Under the pieces are notes generated by a model. That model made no database searches, had not been told where the DNA came from, and saw only the letters and a list, made by a program, of their open reading frames with translations. Shown here in pieces: positions 24,091-38,586 of a DNA stretch of 64,000 nt. The stretch spans positions 39,370,001 through 39,434,000 of the forward strand of contig NC_043001.1 in NCBI RefSeq assembly GCF_006345805.1, given 5' to 3'. Each line of letters begins with the position of its first letter. Position 1 is the stretch's first letter. A program made the translations under genes and the position numbers. Source of the stretch: Octopus sinensis. Taxonomy: Eukaryota.

Positions 24091-26107
24091 AAAGCAACTA
24101 CCTACTGCCTGTAAGTAGATAAAATTTACATGAACCCAGGCAGTACAATCTTAGTTCACTTAGAGGGCACATCAACTCACTAGGAAAGAATGGACCCAAA
24201 TATACCACATAAACAAAATATGAAATATTTACTACAAAGATAGATCTAAACGCTTTATTGAATATTCACTTTGTCAGCTGCCACTGATTGGAAGACTGGA
24301 TTCTATTTACCCATGCAATATATAGCAAGTGTTGAGTCATAGGTGGGTGGTATATAAATCACCCAAGGAGAGACAAATGAGCAAAGTAATTACTTTACAT
24401 TATTCTGAGAAATGATTGTCTTCAAGAGTACTGGAAAGAAAGCCTACAGAGCACTCTACAGAGGAATTATAAGTTAACATGGTGAAATACATGCCAGTAG
24501 CTATACCATAAAAGGATGCATATGAACCTAGGTAGTATGGTCTTATTTCATTTAAGTTACATATTTAATCTCTAAAAGTGCACAAAGACTCAACAAGTAG
24601 TGGTGCCATAGCTTTATGTTTATAAACTGAAATATATCGCATAAAGAAAATAAGGAATATTTACTATGTTTTACCTCATGAGACATCTTGTGTGGCTAAG
24701 TATTCAACCCTGTGCCATTGTTGAACTGAAGTGTGTTACTCATTTAGCCAACAGTAGATGTTAATGCAAACATGAATGCATACATGTGTACATAAATACA
24801 CATGCACATGCATGACCATCCCATACATGCACACCCACTTGTACATACATACATACATACATACATACATACATACATACATACATACATACATACATAC
24901 ATACATACATGCATGCATGCATACATAAATGCATACATACATTAATGTATGCATATCATGGCATTGAATACAGATATGTTGGTATAGAGGACTAATCATT
25001 CTGATGAATAATGTATATTAACCCCTATAATTTTTGCCATTAATACAATCTTGGGAAAAGAAATGATTATCTTTTTGGAGTAAATGCTAAGAAACAACAT
25101 TTTTGTTCAAAAGGTTGTAGTAGTACATAAGCAGTGAAACACATACCTCATAGAAAATTACTATACATACACCATGGTGATGAAAGAATCCAGAGTTGAC
25201 TATTGCAAATCATGGAACTATCTAGAAAGTTTCCAGTGGACTTTCAAGCTGAACCAGGACCTATACCAGTTCTACAGAAAGGCTGGAGAAAGTCCTTTAA
25301 TAGGCTACATGAAGAGACTTAAAGTGTATTAGAATAAGAAATACCCAACATGCTCACATTTTTCAGAGAAACAATTAAACTTTGTTGAAAAGAAATATGC
25401 CATCCTACCAAGCAAAATCATTCAGCCAAAATACACAAAATGATAATACTCATATTAACAATACAGTAAACTTTTTTCTGCAAAGAGTTTGATCAAGAAG
25501 CACCAACAAAGATGAACACAACAATAACAAACTGTTGCCATTATATGAACATGTGGCAACCACTTATGATTTTACAGAAACAAGTGAAGACTATAAAATA
25601 CTAAAATCACAGTTTGCATCAAAGTTCAAGCAAAACTTTATTTCTTACATACATAAAGCCCTGCATGACGCATGACAGAACATTGCTGACTTAAGTTGGA
25701 AAAACCAATCGACCTGATGTTATCACTGATCAACAAAGTTGTAAGGGAACAAGTAGCTCAAATTCAAGCTCCCAGTTTTGGACAATAAATGTCCTGCTAT
25801 ATTGTACTGCAGTAACTGTGTACAAAAGGATGGGAGTAAAAGACACTGATCCAAAAAAATAATACTGAGCCAAAATGGATTACCAGCCTCCAGAACAACA
25901 TCAATGTACTCAGGAAAAAGATAGGACAGTTCAACACTATCATCAAATATGAAGCTAAAATTAAATTCATGAATCACCAGCTATAATTGCATGATAAATT
26001 CACCAAATTGTATGGGAATTATTGCCAAGAAACACTCACAAGGCAAAGTGATCACCCTTAAACACAATCTACTGGTGGTAAGTGTAAAACTTTATTGTAA
26101 AAAATTA

Positions 26108-26140
<33 letters not shown>

Positions 26141-27720
26141 TTAACGTCCATTTTCCATGCTGACATAGGCTGGATGGTTTGACTGAAAACTATTAAGCTG
26201 GGGAGTTGCACCAGGTTCCAATCTGATTTGGCATGGTTTCTACAGCTGGATACCCTCCCTAACATAAACCACTCCAAGAGTGCCACTAGCATCAGTGCCA
26301 GTTACACAACCCCAGCATCAGCCACAACTAGGACTTCAGCACATTATATTGTAAAAGGTCTTGGTCACTTGACACCATCTCCATGAGGCCTAACATTCAA
26401 AATGGTACTTCTTTACATGCTACTAGCATGAGTGCCAGTTACATGACACTGGCATCAGCCATGACTATGATTTCACTTAGCTAGATGGATCTTCTCAAGC
26501 ACGGCATATTGTCCAATGTTCAAAAGATGTTTTTACGTGCCAAATATGTGACACTGGCATTGGCCATGATTACAATTTCCTTTGGTTTGATGGGTCTTAT
26601 CAAGTGTGGCATATTGCCAAAGGTCTCAAGCACTTGTCATTGCCTTCATGTGACACAACATTCAAAGAACATGTTTCACCACCTGATCTTGTCTTCTTGG
26701 GTCTACCTCTTCCACAGATTTCCTCCACTGTTAGAGTTAAGCACTTCTTCACACACCTGTCCTCATCCATATGCATCACATGACCATACCAGCACAGTCA
26801 TTTCTCTTGCACACTACAGCTGATGCCCAGCTTTTTTCTCAAGACGTTTACACTCTGCTGTGCAAGCATCCTGACATTGCACATTCAGCAAAGTATACTA
26901 GCTTCATTTCTTCCAAAGCTTACGCATGTCCTTGGCAGTTACAGCCCATGTTTTACTGCCATGTAGCATAGCTGTTCACACACAGACTTCATACAATTTG
27001 TCTTTCATGCTGAGGGAGAGGCCCTTTGTTACCAGCAGAGGTGGGAGCTCTCTGAAGTAGCCCAGCCTATCTTTATGCTAGCAGCTATGCTCTCAGAGCA
27101 TCCACTCCCACTGCTAACTTGGTCACCTAGGTAACGGGAGCTATCAACTACTTCTAGTTTTCCTCCCTGGCATTTGATGGAATCTATTTTCTGTAGATTT
27201 TTAGTGTTAATTGTACTTGTACACCTTATCCACCCAAAAAATAATTTCCTTGTTAATCTTTGCTGCACTTCTTATGTGTCAATAGCTTAGACTAGGTACA
27301 TCTTATGGAATTTCTACCTACACATTTTCACCTTTTCTATAGATGAAAAATGATAAATCGAAAGTTTGTCTGAAATCTGGAAACTGTATATTGTTGCATG
27401 AAAGGTGATACAATCAAGATATTTACCCATGAAGATCTAGAGTCATTCAGGTGGGGAATCTGGAATGTAAACTAAAAACACAAGCATGAGACAGCATGAT
27501 TAAATTAACTATAAAGTGAGTATTGTGTAAATAACTCTCCCAAAATATATAACATCACCAGTGAAACTCTCTTGATGGCTATCATGAAAATACTGAATGG
27601 AAAATCACCAGGGAAAGACCTTATAGTAGACTACTGGTACAAAAAGCTCATGTTCTACAGGGAAATTCTCGTGATGACTCTGTTTATAAAAACAATGGAC
27701 AGTGAGCTAGATATACCAGA
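24090..27720 (+). mobile_element. R4/Dong-like (RLE-type) non-LTR remnant, interrupted by a 26100-27265 insertion
   Basis: FWTINVLLYCTAVTV and EPKWITSLQNNINVLRKKIGQ (~25780-25930); ILNGKSPGKDLIVDYWYKKL (~27590-27650). 5' boundary uncertain. Confidence 0.6.
26100..27265 (-). mobile_element. RTE 3' fragment with its tail element, antisense, nested in the R4/Dong-like remnant
   Basis: Minus-strand ORF KCQGGKLEVVDSSRYLGDQVSSGSGCSESIAASIKIGW matches the 2925-5870 family. Confidence 0.8.
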
Positions 27721-27974
27721 TTAGCTGATAGTTGTGTGGACTGCTCTTATCCCCAAGAACAAAGGGACTCACAAGGCCAGAAACTATAGCTCATAGCATG
27801 CTTGCATGTTATGCACCAACTGTACACAGGTGGACTTGAAGATGACTGCCAAACAAATGGTGTAATAATTGATAAACAAGGAGGAAGAAAGAAACGAGTC
27901 TGGAGCTGTGGTGAACAGTTTCTCCTCAATAAGCTGTCCTTAAGGAAGCCAAGCAACATCTCCATAATCTCTTT

Positions 27975-28620
27975 GCAATGTGGCTAGACTACAAGAAGAC
28001 TACAGAATATGTAAAATGCTCAGCTGGAGATTTAGAAGTAGTAGACAACTTCCATTATCTAGGTGACCAAGTCAGCAGTGGAGGAGAGCATAGCTTTGAG
28101 AGCATAGCTGCTAGAATAAGAATGGGCTGGGTAAAATTCAAAGAGCTGTTACTTTTGTTGGTAACAAAGGGCCTCTCCCTCAGTATGAAAGGCAAATTGT
28201 ATATTGTCTGTGTGCAAACAGCCATGTTACATAGCAATAAAACATGGGCTGCAACTGCAGAGGACATGCAAAGGTTTGAAACAAATAAAGCTAGTATACT
28301 CTGCTGGATGTGCAATATTTGTATGCACATACAATGAAGGGTAAGTGTCTTGATAGAAAAATTGTGTATAAGAGGCATCAGATGTTAGTGTGAAAGAAAG
28401 AAGATTGTGCTGGTATGGGTATGTGATGGATATTGACATGGACTACTGCATTAAGAAATACCGAACTCTAGCTATGGAGGGAAGCTGTGGAAGAAATACA
28501 CTTATGAAGACGTGGTGAATTTTAATCTTTGGGTGTTGAGTCTCACGGAGGTAATGACAAGTGACTGAAACTTGGCAATTTGCTGTGCTTGAGAAGACAC
28601 ATCAAGCTAAATGAAATTGT
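27975..28620 (+). mobile_element. RTE 3' fragment
   Basis: KCSAGDLEVVDNFHYLGDQVSSGGEHSFESIAARIRMGW..AMLHSNKTWA. Confidence 0.85.
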
Positions 28621-28631
28621 AGTTGTGATCA

Positions 28632-28815
28632 GTGCTGGAGACATGCAAAAAATACCCATGCCAGTGACATACAAAGGGCACCCATGCCAGTGACACATAA
28701 AAGGTATTCATGTTAGTGACATGCAAAAAGCACCTGTGCCAGTAATGCGTAAAAGACACCTGTGTCAGTGACATATAAAAGGTACCCATGCCAGTAACAC
28801 ATAAAGAACACCAGT
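28632..28815 (+). repeat. 26-bp minisatellite, ~7 diverged copies, at the head of an RTE-tail element
   Basis: Units such as GCCAGTGACATACAAAGGGCACCCAT and GCCAGTGACACATAAAAGGTATTCAT. Confidence 0.85.
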
Positions 28816-28974
28816 ACACTCTATGGAATAGATTGCATTAGGCAGAGTATCCAACCATAGGAACCAAGCCAAAACAGACAGTAGGCTGGTGCAGCTCAGC
28901 ATATCAGTTCCAGTTAACCGCCTAACACATGCCTGTATGGAAGACATACATTAAATGATGATGATGATGATGAA

Positions 28975-29009
<35 letters not shown>

Positions 29010-29411
29010 CACTATCTCTAGAAGGCAGGCTATTTTCTGGTTGAACACCTTATATTCTAACCTATTCTTCATAACTGATTTGATCTCTCTCTCTCCTCTG
29101 TGCCTTTTCTTTTATAATTAGGTATGATTGACATTGTGCTTATGTTACAAATCTTCATTTGTATTATATAGATATCTCCTATGTTTTATCTTTTTCTTGT
29201 TTCAATCATTGGACTGTCGTCATACTGGGGTTAGTCGAACAAATTGACCCCAGTTGACAAGTAGTGTTGGAGACAAACAAGCACATTCACACATTGTTTT
29301 ATATATATATATATATATATATAGTCAATCCAAACATGAACAAGCAAGAAAAAACAACGTGAGGATGTGGAACAAGTACTGTGTTATTGGAAAGGAAAGG
29401 AAAGAAAGAGG

Positions 29412-29446
29412 ATTTCATGTTTTGAGCGGAGCTCTTTATCAGAAAT
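29412..29446 (-). ncRNA. Decayed hammerhead motif, same family as 2227-2261
   Basis: Minus strand ATTT-CTGATAA-A-GAGC(tcc)GCTC-AAAA-CAT-G-AAAT; stems are kept but several core positions are mutated. Confidence 0.5.
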
Positions 29447-30072
29447 ATAGAAAAAGTCCAAAGAAGGGAAGACGGAGAAAGAAAATCGTCAATGATATAT
29501 ATATATATCCTTTCACTTTTATAATATTCTCCAACCAAAACCCTCAAACAATATTCACCAATACACATATAAAAATAATATATAAAGTAATAGTACACAA
29601 TTACAACGTATAAATGAATAATAAATAAATAAAAATGTGAAAACCACTAAAAAATATTTTCTAATGCCAATATACGACCATAGAGATTTGAAAAATATGG
29701 AAGACCTAAATACAAAAAACTATGTGCATACAACAAATTAGAGAAAACCCTTTGTAAACCAACGTTTTTTCTGGTTTGTCCATTTACGTGGGAGTTCTGG
29801 ACAAAATAGTGCATGCCAATCCTTGACACATAAGTAATGTGTGTGTAAAGTTTGGGGAAAATCGGTTGAGAATTGTGAAAATGTATGCATTAGTCAATAT
29901 ACATACACATACTGTGATTTATATGTACTATATATGTATCCAGCTGTAGAAACACTGCCAGATCAGACTGGAGCCTGGTGCAGCCTCCTGGCTTCCAGAT
30001 CCCGGTCGAACTGTCTAACCCATGCTAGCATGGAAAACGGACATTAAACAATGATGATGATAATGATGATGA

Positions 30073-30117
<45 letters not shown>

Positions 30118-30478
30118 TCAGTAGCAGGGGTGGATGCTCTGAGCATATAGCTACTTGAATAAGAATAGCCTGGGCAAAGTTCAGAGAGCTTCTACCTCTG
30201 CTGGTAACAAAGGACCTCTCACTCAGCATGAAAAGTAGGCTGTATGATGCCTGTGTACAAACAACCTGACTGGCTCCTGTGCCGGTGGCACATAAAAAGC
30301 ACCCACTACACTCTTGGAGTGGTTGACATTAGAAGGGCATCCAGCTGCAGAAACCTTGTCAAATCTGATTGGAGCCTGGTGCAGCCTCCTGACTAGCTAA
30401 TCCTCAGTCAAATTGTCCAGCCCATGCCAATATGGAAGGCGAACATTAAACGATGATGTTGATGATGATATGTATATG

Positions 30479-30532
<54 letters not shown>

Positions 30533-30534
<2 letters not shown>

Positions 30535-31784
30535 GGGTGTGTAAGGTATTTGAGGACAGATTTATGTTTATAAAAAAAAGCAGGTATATAATAACAGATA
30601 ATAACTTAATTTATCAAAAAATGCTTTGAGAATAAAAATAAACCTTCTTTTCTATAATGTTATTCAATAAAGCCACCTTCAGCTTCAACAACTGCTTCTA
30701 TATAAGATCTAAATCATCTGCATGCTCGAATCAAGTGGTCCTGGTTCATTTTGGACATTACTCTGACTATGGCAGCTTTCAAAGAATCTTTGGTGTTATG
30801 GGTATGTTCATTGACCTCTCTCTCAACAATGCTCCACATGTAATAGTCCAATGGATTGAGATCTGGGGAATTAGGAAACTAAATGTTAGGGGTTGTGTGA
30901 TCATGAAAATTTTCATCCATCCATTCCTGTGTCACTAGAGCTGTGGGTGATAGTGCAGAGTCTTACTGAAACATATGGCCTTCCATTGCATACACTGTCT
31001 ATCCAGGGCTTAACAATTGTTTCCAGGACCTCAGTGTAGGTGGCAGAGTTAACTCTAAGGCCTGAGGAGGCATTACATGTCCTTCATTGCTGATAACCCC
31101 TAAAGCCCTAACAGTTGCAGGAAATTTTGTATTTATAACACTTCAAACTTTAGAAGGGTCTGCACATAACCATCTGTCATTTCTGCTGTTAACTTTTTGA
31201 TCTTAGTCAACGTTTTTCTCGTTTTAGAAAAACTAAATTGAATCTTCTTTTGGTGCCTTTTTCATCTTTTTAGGAGCCTTTTAGATCTGATGTAGTGATT
31301 TTCTTTTGCTTTTTCTGACAAATTGACCTTTCCTCATCATATAAGACATATCTGATGTCTTCATGGACAAAATTTCTAACTGTTCCTTCTGACACATGGA
31401 GATCTTTTACAATTGACCTCATGGACTTTCTGGAATTGTAATCAATGGCCTGTTGAACTTGCTGGATAAATCCAGGTGTTCTGATGATGATTTCAGAGTG
31501 TTTAGAATGCTTTTTATGCTTTGATACTGGTGATACACTTCCATCTTCAGTCTCTAGCTCCTTACAAATTTTGAAAACGAAAGCTTTGGCAACTTCTAAA
31601 AATCAAAGGTATTTCTAAATTTCTATGCTCAGCCTTTATGACCAAAATAATAGCATGTCCCTTCATTTCTTGAGTAAGTTGAGGGTCTGCCATTATTATT
31701 TTCTGAAACAAAAATTACACAGAGTTAGTAAAAAATACAGCAATGACCCAAAAAAGGTATGTCCACAAATACCTTACACACTTA
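30533..31784 (-). mobile_element. maT/DD37D Tc1-mariner transposon, defective
   Basis: TIRs GGTGTGTAAGGTATTTGAGGACA and TGTCCACAAATACCTTACACAC; minus strand reads Q*DSA-(37 residues, including NSPDLNPL)-DYYMWS, a D-to-D spacing of 37. Confidence 0.9.
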
Positions 31785-31790
31785 TATACA

Positions 31791-32010
31791 AAGTGGTGCT
31801 GAAAAATTCCTGGCTTTGGGTAAAAGAAAATACAAGAGGGTCATTTAATTATGATTTTATTGAACATATTCCTCTCTCAGATTCCCACACTTATTGCAAT
31901 GGTGCTGCAGTTTTTCAAAGCCATGTAGAAGAACTTGGAAAGTTGGACCTCCACCAAGGTCTTTTGTAATACCCTTAAAGCCAGGATATTTTCATCAACC
32001 CTTCACATGT
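31791..32010. mobile_element. mariner-derived MITE
   Basis: Imperfect TIRs GGTGCTGAAAAATTCCTGGCTTT and AAAGCCAGGATATTTTCATCAACC; the same right end occurs at ~43370-43395. Confidence 0.7.
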
Positions 32011-32085
32011 ATAATATAAGATAGTCATCTTTCAGTTTACATCTACCAAATATACTCACAAGCTTTGCTTGGCCCAAGGCTATAG

Positions 32086-32681
32086 TAGAAGACTCTTGCC
32101 CAAGGTGCCACACAGTGGGACTGAACCGAAACCATGTGGTTGAGAATCAAACTTCTTACCATACAGCTATGCCTGCACCTTATGAGCCATTTATATTTTT
32201 GAAACATTTTTCTATTGATACATCTATACTTATGTAACAAATAACAAGCACAAAATTTAAAAGTGTGCATATGTATAAGTGTTAAATAATGATTTTGTTT
32301 GAATACTTTCCATTTAAAATTAAAAGCTTATCTCATTTGTAAAATGGTACTATGCTTCAGGAAATGAGCTGGCAAGTGGGATGTAATATGATAGATTGTC
32401 ACTTAGTTTTTCTATTCCACTTCACATGCTTATATTGAAGCATCCTGGTATTACAAGACATCAGACACATTTAGATCCAAAAGTACTGACTCTTTTACTC
32501 TTTTACTTGTTTCAGTCATTTGTCTGTGGCCATGCTGGAGCACTGCCTTTAGTCGAAGAAATCAACCCCAGGACGTATTCTTTGTAAGCCTAGTACTTAT
32601 TCTATTGATCTCTTTTGCTGAATTGCTAAGTTACGGGGGACATTAACACACCAGCATCGGTTGTCAAGCAATGTTGGGGGA

Positions 32682-32726
<45 letters not shown>

Positions 32727-33084
32727 GCACATATATACAACGGGCTTCTTTCAGCTTCTGTCTACCAGATCCACTCACAAGGCTTTGGTCGGCCTGAGGC
32801 TATAGTTGAAGACACTTGCCCAAGTTGCCACGCAGTAGGACTGAACTCAGAACCACATGCCTATGTTATAAACAAAATTTAACAATTTTATACTTAAAAG
32901 TTGATAATGTATACTCTTTTACTTGTTTCAGCCATTTGACTGCAGCCATGCTGGAGCACTGCCCCAGGACTTATTCTTTGTAAGACTAGTACTTATTCTA
33001 TCAGTCTCTTTTGCCAAACCGCTAAGTTATGGGGACATAAACACACCAGCATGGTAGTCAAGCAATGTTGGGGGGACAAACACA

Positions 33085-33123
<39 letters not shown>

Positions 33124-33129
33124 CACACA

Positions 33130-33184
<55 letters not shown>

Positions 33185-33860
33185 CATATACATGACGGGC
33201 TTCTTTCAGTTTCCATCTAACAAATCCACTCACAAGGCTTTGGTCAGATCGAGGCTACAATAGAAGACTCTTGCCCAAGGTGCCACACAGTGGGACTGAA
33301 CCGAGAACCATGTGGTTGAGAATCAAACTTCTTACCATACAGCTATGCCTGCACCTTATGAGCCATTTATATTTTTGAAACATTTTTCTTTTGATACATC
33401 TATACTTATGTAACAAATAACAAGCACAAAATTTAAAAGTGTGCATATGTGTAAGTGTTAAATAATGATTTTGTTTGAATACTTTCCATTTAAAATTAAA
33501 AGCTTATCTCATTTGTAAAATGGTACTTTGCTTCAGGAAATGAGCTGGCAAGTGGGATGTAATATGATAGATTGTCACTTAGTTTTTCTATTCCACTTCA
33601 CATGCTTATATTGAAGCATCCTGGTATTACAAGACATCAGACGCATTTAGATCCAAAAGTACTGATTCTTTTACTCTTTTACTTGTTTCAGTCATTTGTC
33701 TGTGGCCATGCTGGAGCACTGCCTTTAGTCGAAGAAATCAACCCCAGGACGTATTCTTTGTAAGCCTAGTACTTATTCTATTGATCCCTTTTGCTGAACT
33801 GCTAAGTTACAGGGGACATTAACACACCAGCATCGGTTGTCAAGCAATGTTGGGGGACAA

Positions 33861-33892
<32 letters not shown>

Positions 33893-34274
33893 GCACATAT
33901 ATACAACGGGCTTCTTTCAGCTTCTGTCTACCAGATCCACTCACAAGGCTTTGGTCGGCCCGAGGCTGTAGTTGAAGACACTTGCCCAAGTTGCCACACA
34001 GTAGGACTGAACTCAGAACCACATGCCTATGTTATAAACAAAATTTAACAATTTTATACTTAAAAGTTGATAATGTATACTCTTTTACTTGTTTCAGCCA
34101 TTTGACTGCAGCCATGCTGGAGCACTGCCCCAGGACTTATTCTTTGTAAGACTAGTACTTATTCTATCAGTCTCTTTTGCCAAACCGCTAAGTTATGGGG
34201 ACATAAACACACCAGCATGGTAGTCAAGCAATGTTGGGGGGACAAACACAGACACACAGACACACAGACACACA

Positions 34275-34360
<86 letters not shown>

Positions 34361-34478
34361 CATATACATGACGGGCTTCTTTCAGTTTCCATCTAACAAA
34401 TCCACTCACAAGGCTTTGGTCAGATCGAGGCTACAATAGAAGACTCTTGCCCAAGGTGCCACACAGTGGGACTGAACC
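32086..34478 (+). repeat. Direct tandem duplication, period 1176 bp, bounded by SINE heads
   Basis: Paired ORFs 32396/33572 and 33233/34409 are offset by 1176; about a dozen substitutions plus microsatellite length changes. Confidence 0.95.
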
Positions 34479-35472
34479 CAGAACCATGTGGTTGGTAAGC
34501 AAGCTACTTACCACACAGCCACTCCTGTACGTTTGTTTTTGTTTTGTTTTTCTCTTTAAATATTTCATCTGATGCATCTTCAAATTTAGTCTATTTGATT
34601 TTATATGAACCAACCTGTAAGAATTGTTAGAGTAACTGTTTTCAAAGTTAGATACCCTTCCTGATGTTAAAGTTTCAACTAATGACAGCATATTATAGGG
34701 ACATAGTAGCTTAGTGGTAAGGGGTGAATAAGGTTACCAAATCAATACAACAAACAAGTATATCAATCACTCAAACACTGAATGCTTAATAATTGAGAAA
34801 GTAAATTGATTTGTCCATAGATAAATGAATATATATAAATAACTTAAACAACTCATGTGCATGTCTGATTTAGGACATCGTGGATGTTCTTAGCAGTGAA
34901 ACATGAGGTTAATCCCAAAACTAGCAAATTGTCTTTAGTATATATGTTCAAATTTATTGTTACTGAGGCTGTGACAATTGTTAAAAAAACATGAAACCAT
35001 ATACTTTATAATGGTTTCGATTAATCAACACACATCACTCTACTTATACTCTCAATCAATTTTCTAATTCTTATCTAAACATTGTTGAAATACGATATTC
35101 TGTTAATAGTTGTCATAATGACTAAAACCAAAAAAAAAATTGGTCTTTCAAATAATCTACATGTACAAACATCCTGTACATTATATATGAAATTCAGTAT
35201 CAAAATATCTATCTTCTATGGTTACTAAATCATCTTAGGAAGGAGAATTGAGAGGTTTCATTTGTCTTTTTGATGATGTGTCTAAAAGCTAAAGTTTTGG
35301 GAGAGAAAATGTAATAACAAAAAGCAACTATTTTGAAACTATCATCTACAACATTTCTAAGATTATTTCATTGAAACAATAGCAGGAAATGAGAAATTAA
35401 AAAAAAAATTCACTGTCATAATAATAGCATCACGATAAAGTTGCTGTGGATATGTTTGTGTGCTTGCCTCTG

Positions 35473-35503
<31 letters not shown>

Positions 35504-36077
35504 TGTGTGTGTGTTTGTAATATCTGTATGGAAGCAGGTATAGCCAAGTGGTTATGATGTTCTCTTCCAAATCATGAGATCTGCTGTGTTGAGTCTTATA
35601 CAAATGTCTTTTACCACAGTTTCAAGTTCACCAAGTCCTTTAGAATGGAACTAGGTAGACAGAAGCTATGTGGAAGGTCATCAGAAGAGCTAGACCCATA
35701 ATTCAAAAGGTCAGCCTCATCAGTGTGCTAAATCTGCTTGAAGATTATGCTAAGAATACATATATATATGTGGAATACTCAGCCACTTACAATATAATTC
35801 AGTGAGAAAGTAGTTCTGTTAATTGAACAACAAGAAAACTCATTATGAAAACTGACTACAGATGTTTATTTTTATTTTAAAAGATAAATTAAAACTCTTA
35901 ATTTCTCCTTCATATATATTGTATTCTCACTGTCAGCTGCTTTTCCAAAGATAAATTAAAACTCTTAATTTCTCCTTCCCGAGATGATTTGGTAACTATG
36001 TAAGATAGATATTTTGACACTGAATTATCAGGATGTTTGTAAATGAAGATTATCTAAAAGCCAAATTATTTTAGTTT

Positions 36078-37620
36078 TAGCAGAGTTACCCGGCATTGCT
36101 CGAGTTAAATACAATTGAAGAATTAGACTTTTCTGTTATATTTTCTGTAATGAACTGGAATATCTATGTTTCGAATTTCATCAAAATTGCAGATGAGGGT
36201 TATTTCCCTCTTTACACACCCAAACAAAATTGTAATCGTGCCGCATGTATCCCATACTACTGATTTTTATGCGCATATTCCAAAATTTCAGTCTTGTTGA
36301 ACCTATTAAAAAGATTTTGCTCCTAAAAAATGGAGGTCATGGAGCTCTAAAATGTGAGAGTTAACGCCCCTATTGGGGGTGGGCATCTTAATGTCAACCA
36401 GAGAAGTTGTATTGTTGAGAATCTTTTTAACTTGGGTCTTATATCTATTGTTTGAATTTCTTTGTAATAGGAAATATATGTTCACTGGATTTGTAAAAGA
36501 GAGTAAAGCTACAGGAAACCAAAAAACGAATGATCACAATAAGCAGTCAGCTACAGTACCCTAGTCGTTACCACTCCCAATGTAGTATTCCTCACCTTGC
36601 AGGTGACAGGCACAACCGTAAGATGCATTATGAATCTATAGCAATTGGAAGGGTGTGACCCAACTGAAATAAACATTAACAACTGTGTGACATGGGGGCT
36701 AAGGAGAAATGAAAGTTGGAGTTTGCAAATGAACACTATACTGATACGTACTGGACAGAATATATATACAATCTATAAATGTCTTTGAATAACCAGTCAC
36801 TCATCTGGGAAGGCCTTGAAATCAATGTTACCATGTGATAATAAAATCAAAGTTACCCAGTGATAATAAAAAGACTGAAAGGAGATCTGCAATCAAATAA
36901 CTTTACTCACCACTTTGCAACTGAATCAGTGGAGGCAAAGATGCTTCTCATTTACTTGACAATTTATGTGCCACATTGCAGAAATCACAATCTAAGTGTA
37001 TGTCAAAGCAAACTCTTATACAGTTGTACCATTGAATTACAAATAATGCTCATCTTTTATGCTCAGATGACCCCACAGCTTCCAAAGAGTAGGACTATTC
37101 ATCTTTGCTTAGATAAAATGACAAAATTGTGGGTGTTAAGTCCCCATGAAGGGGTCTTTCTAACTTGTAAGAAGATGAAATTTTATAAATATTATTTCAT
37201 TTGTATCTAATATCTATGGTTAAAATTTCATCAACAGCAAAAATATATGAATTGTCATGGGGGTTGTGGCCCTTATGCATAGAATATGATTTCCAAATTT
37301 CATAAAGATCCATTCAGAACTTTTGACTTAGTTTTGGATCATAAAAGAAATGACTAAAATTTGGGAGTTAAGGCCCCCATTAGGGTGTCTTAAAATCCTC
37401 ACATGAAGTGGAAACTTTGAGAATAGTTCTTGATGTGTGTCAATTACCAATGGTTGAAATTTTATCAACATCGAAAATTTATGAATTTTCATGGGGGGTG
37501 GTTCTGCCTCCTTTAAGCCATCTGAAATTCAAACCAAACATATTGCATTATGCCCGCCCTTATGCATTGAATCTAAGTTTCAAATATCATAAGGATCCAT
37601 TCAGTAATTCCTTTCAACAA
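36078..37620 (-). mobile_element. Helitron-like non-autonomous remnants at 36078-36390 and ~37050-37620
   Basis: TTAGCAGAGTTACCCGGCATTGCTCG is the antisense of a hairpin+CTAG-type 3' end; internal repeated block GCCCTTATGCAT..GATCCATTCAG at ~37270 and ~37555. Confidence 0.5.
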
Positions 37621-38429
37621 TTAGCCTGAGATGACTTTTAAAATGAGAATATCTGAAATAAACTCAACTGCTCTCAAAAACGAGAGTACTAAAAATGAAA
37701 CCACCTGCTTTCAAAAATTAAGTAAAAAAAAAAAACAGGAAAAATAATCCAGAATCTTTGTCTGGTACTAGATCGATCCTAAAATCTAATCAGTGTGTGC
37801 CAGTCATGAGGCCAAACATCCCTGAAAGTTTCATCCGAATCCATCCAGCGGTTCTTGAGATATCTTGTCCACGGTCAAACAAACAAGCAAACATGACTGA
37901 AAACAATACTCCATCTTTGCTAAAGCGGAGGTAATGATTTTTAAATCTCTCTAACATTTTCCTCCAATTTTTTCTCCATAACATCATACCTTCATAGCAA
38001 TGAGACTGAAAGACTGCATTTGTATAGCCGATTTTCAGATTTTTAACTTCCTTTTAAAAAATGCTCATTTTGCAAATCAGTTTGACTAGATCCATATATA
38101 CATATATATATTTATTTGATAATTAGTATAAGTTAAGATAAGTACATTTATTCTATTATTATTATTTGTTATTTATTATCTTGGACCTGATGAGTGACTA
38201 TATTTTTAAATAGAATTAATTTTAAATCGAATTGATTTTATTATTATAATCTAATTGAAAATATAGCCATGAAATGCGTGTAGTCTTTTTACTATTATTT
38301 ACTATTTATTGTACTTTATTGATTTTTAGAATTGGGTTTTTTATAATATGTTTTTTATAGTATATGTTTTCTATATGGTGTGAATAACATCTTCCTTTAT
38401 TGAATTGTTTAATAGATTTTTTTCTAAAT

Positions 38430-38460
<31 letters not shown>

Positions 38461-38532
38461 TTATATGTTGTGAAATTTGATTTAAAATTGTTAAATTGAA
38501 TTTTTTCCTGTAAGTTTTGGAATTAAATTCCC

Positions 38533-38586
<54 letters not shown>

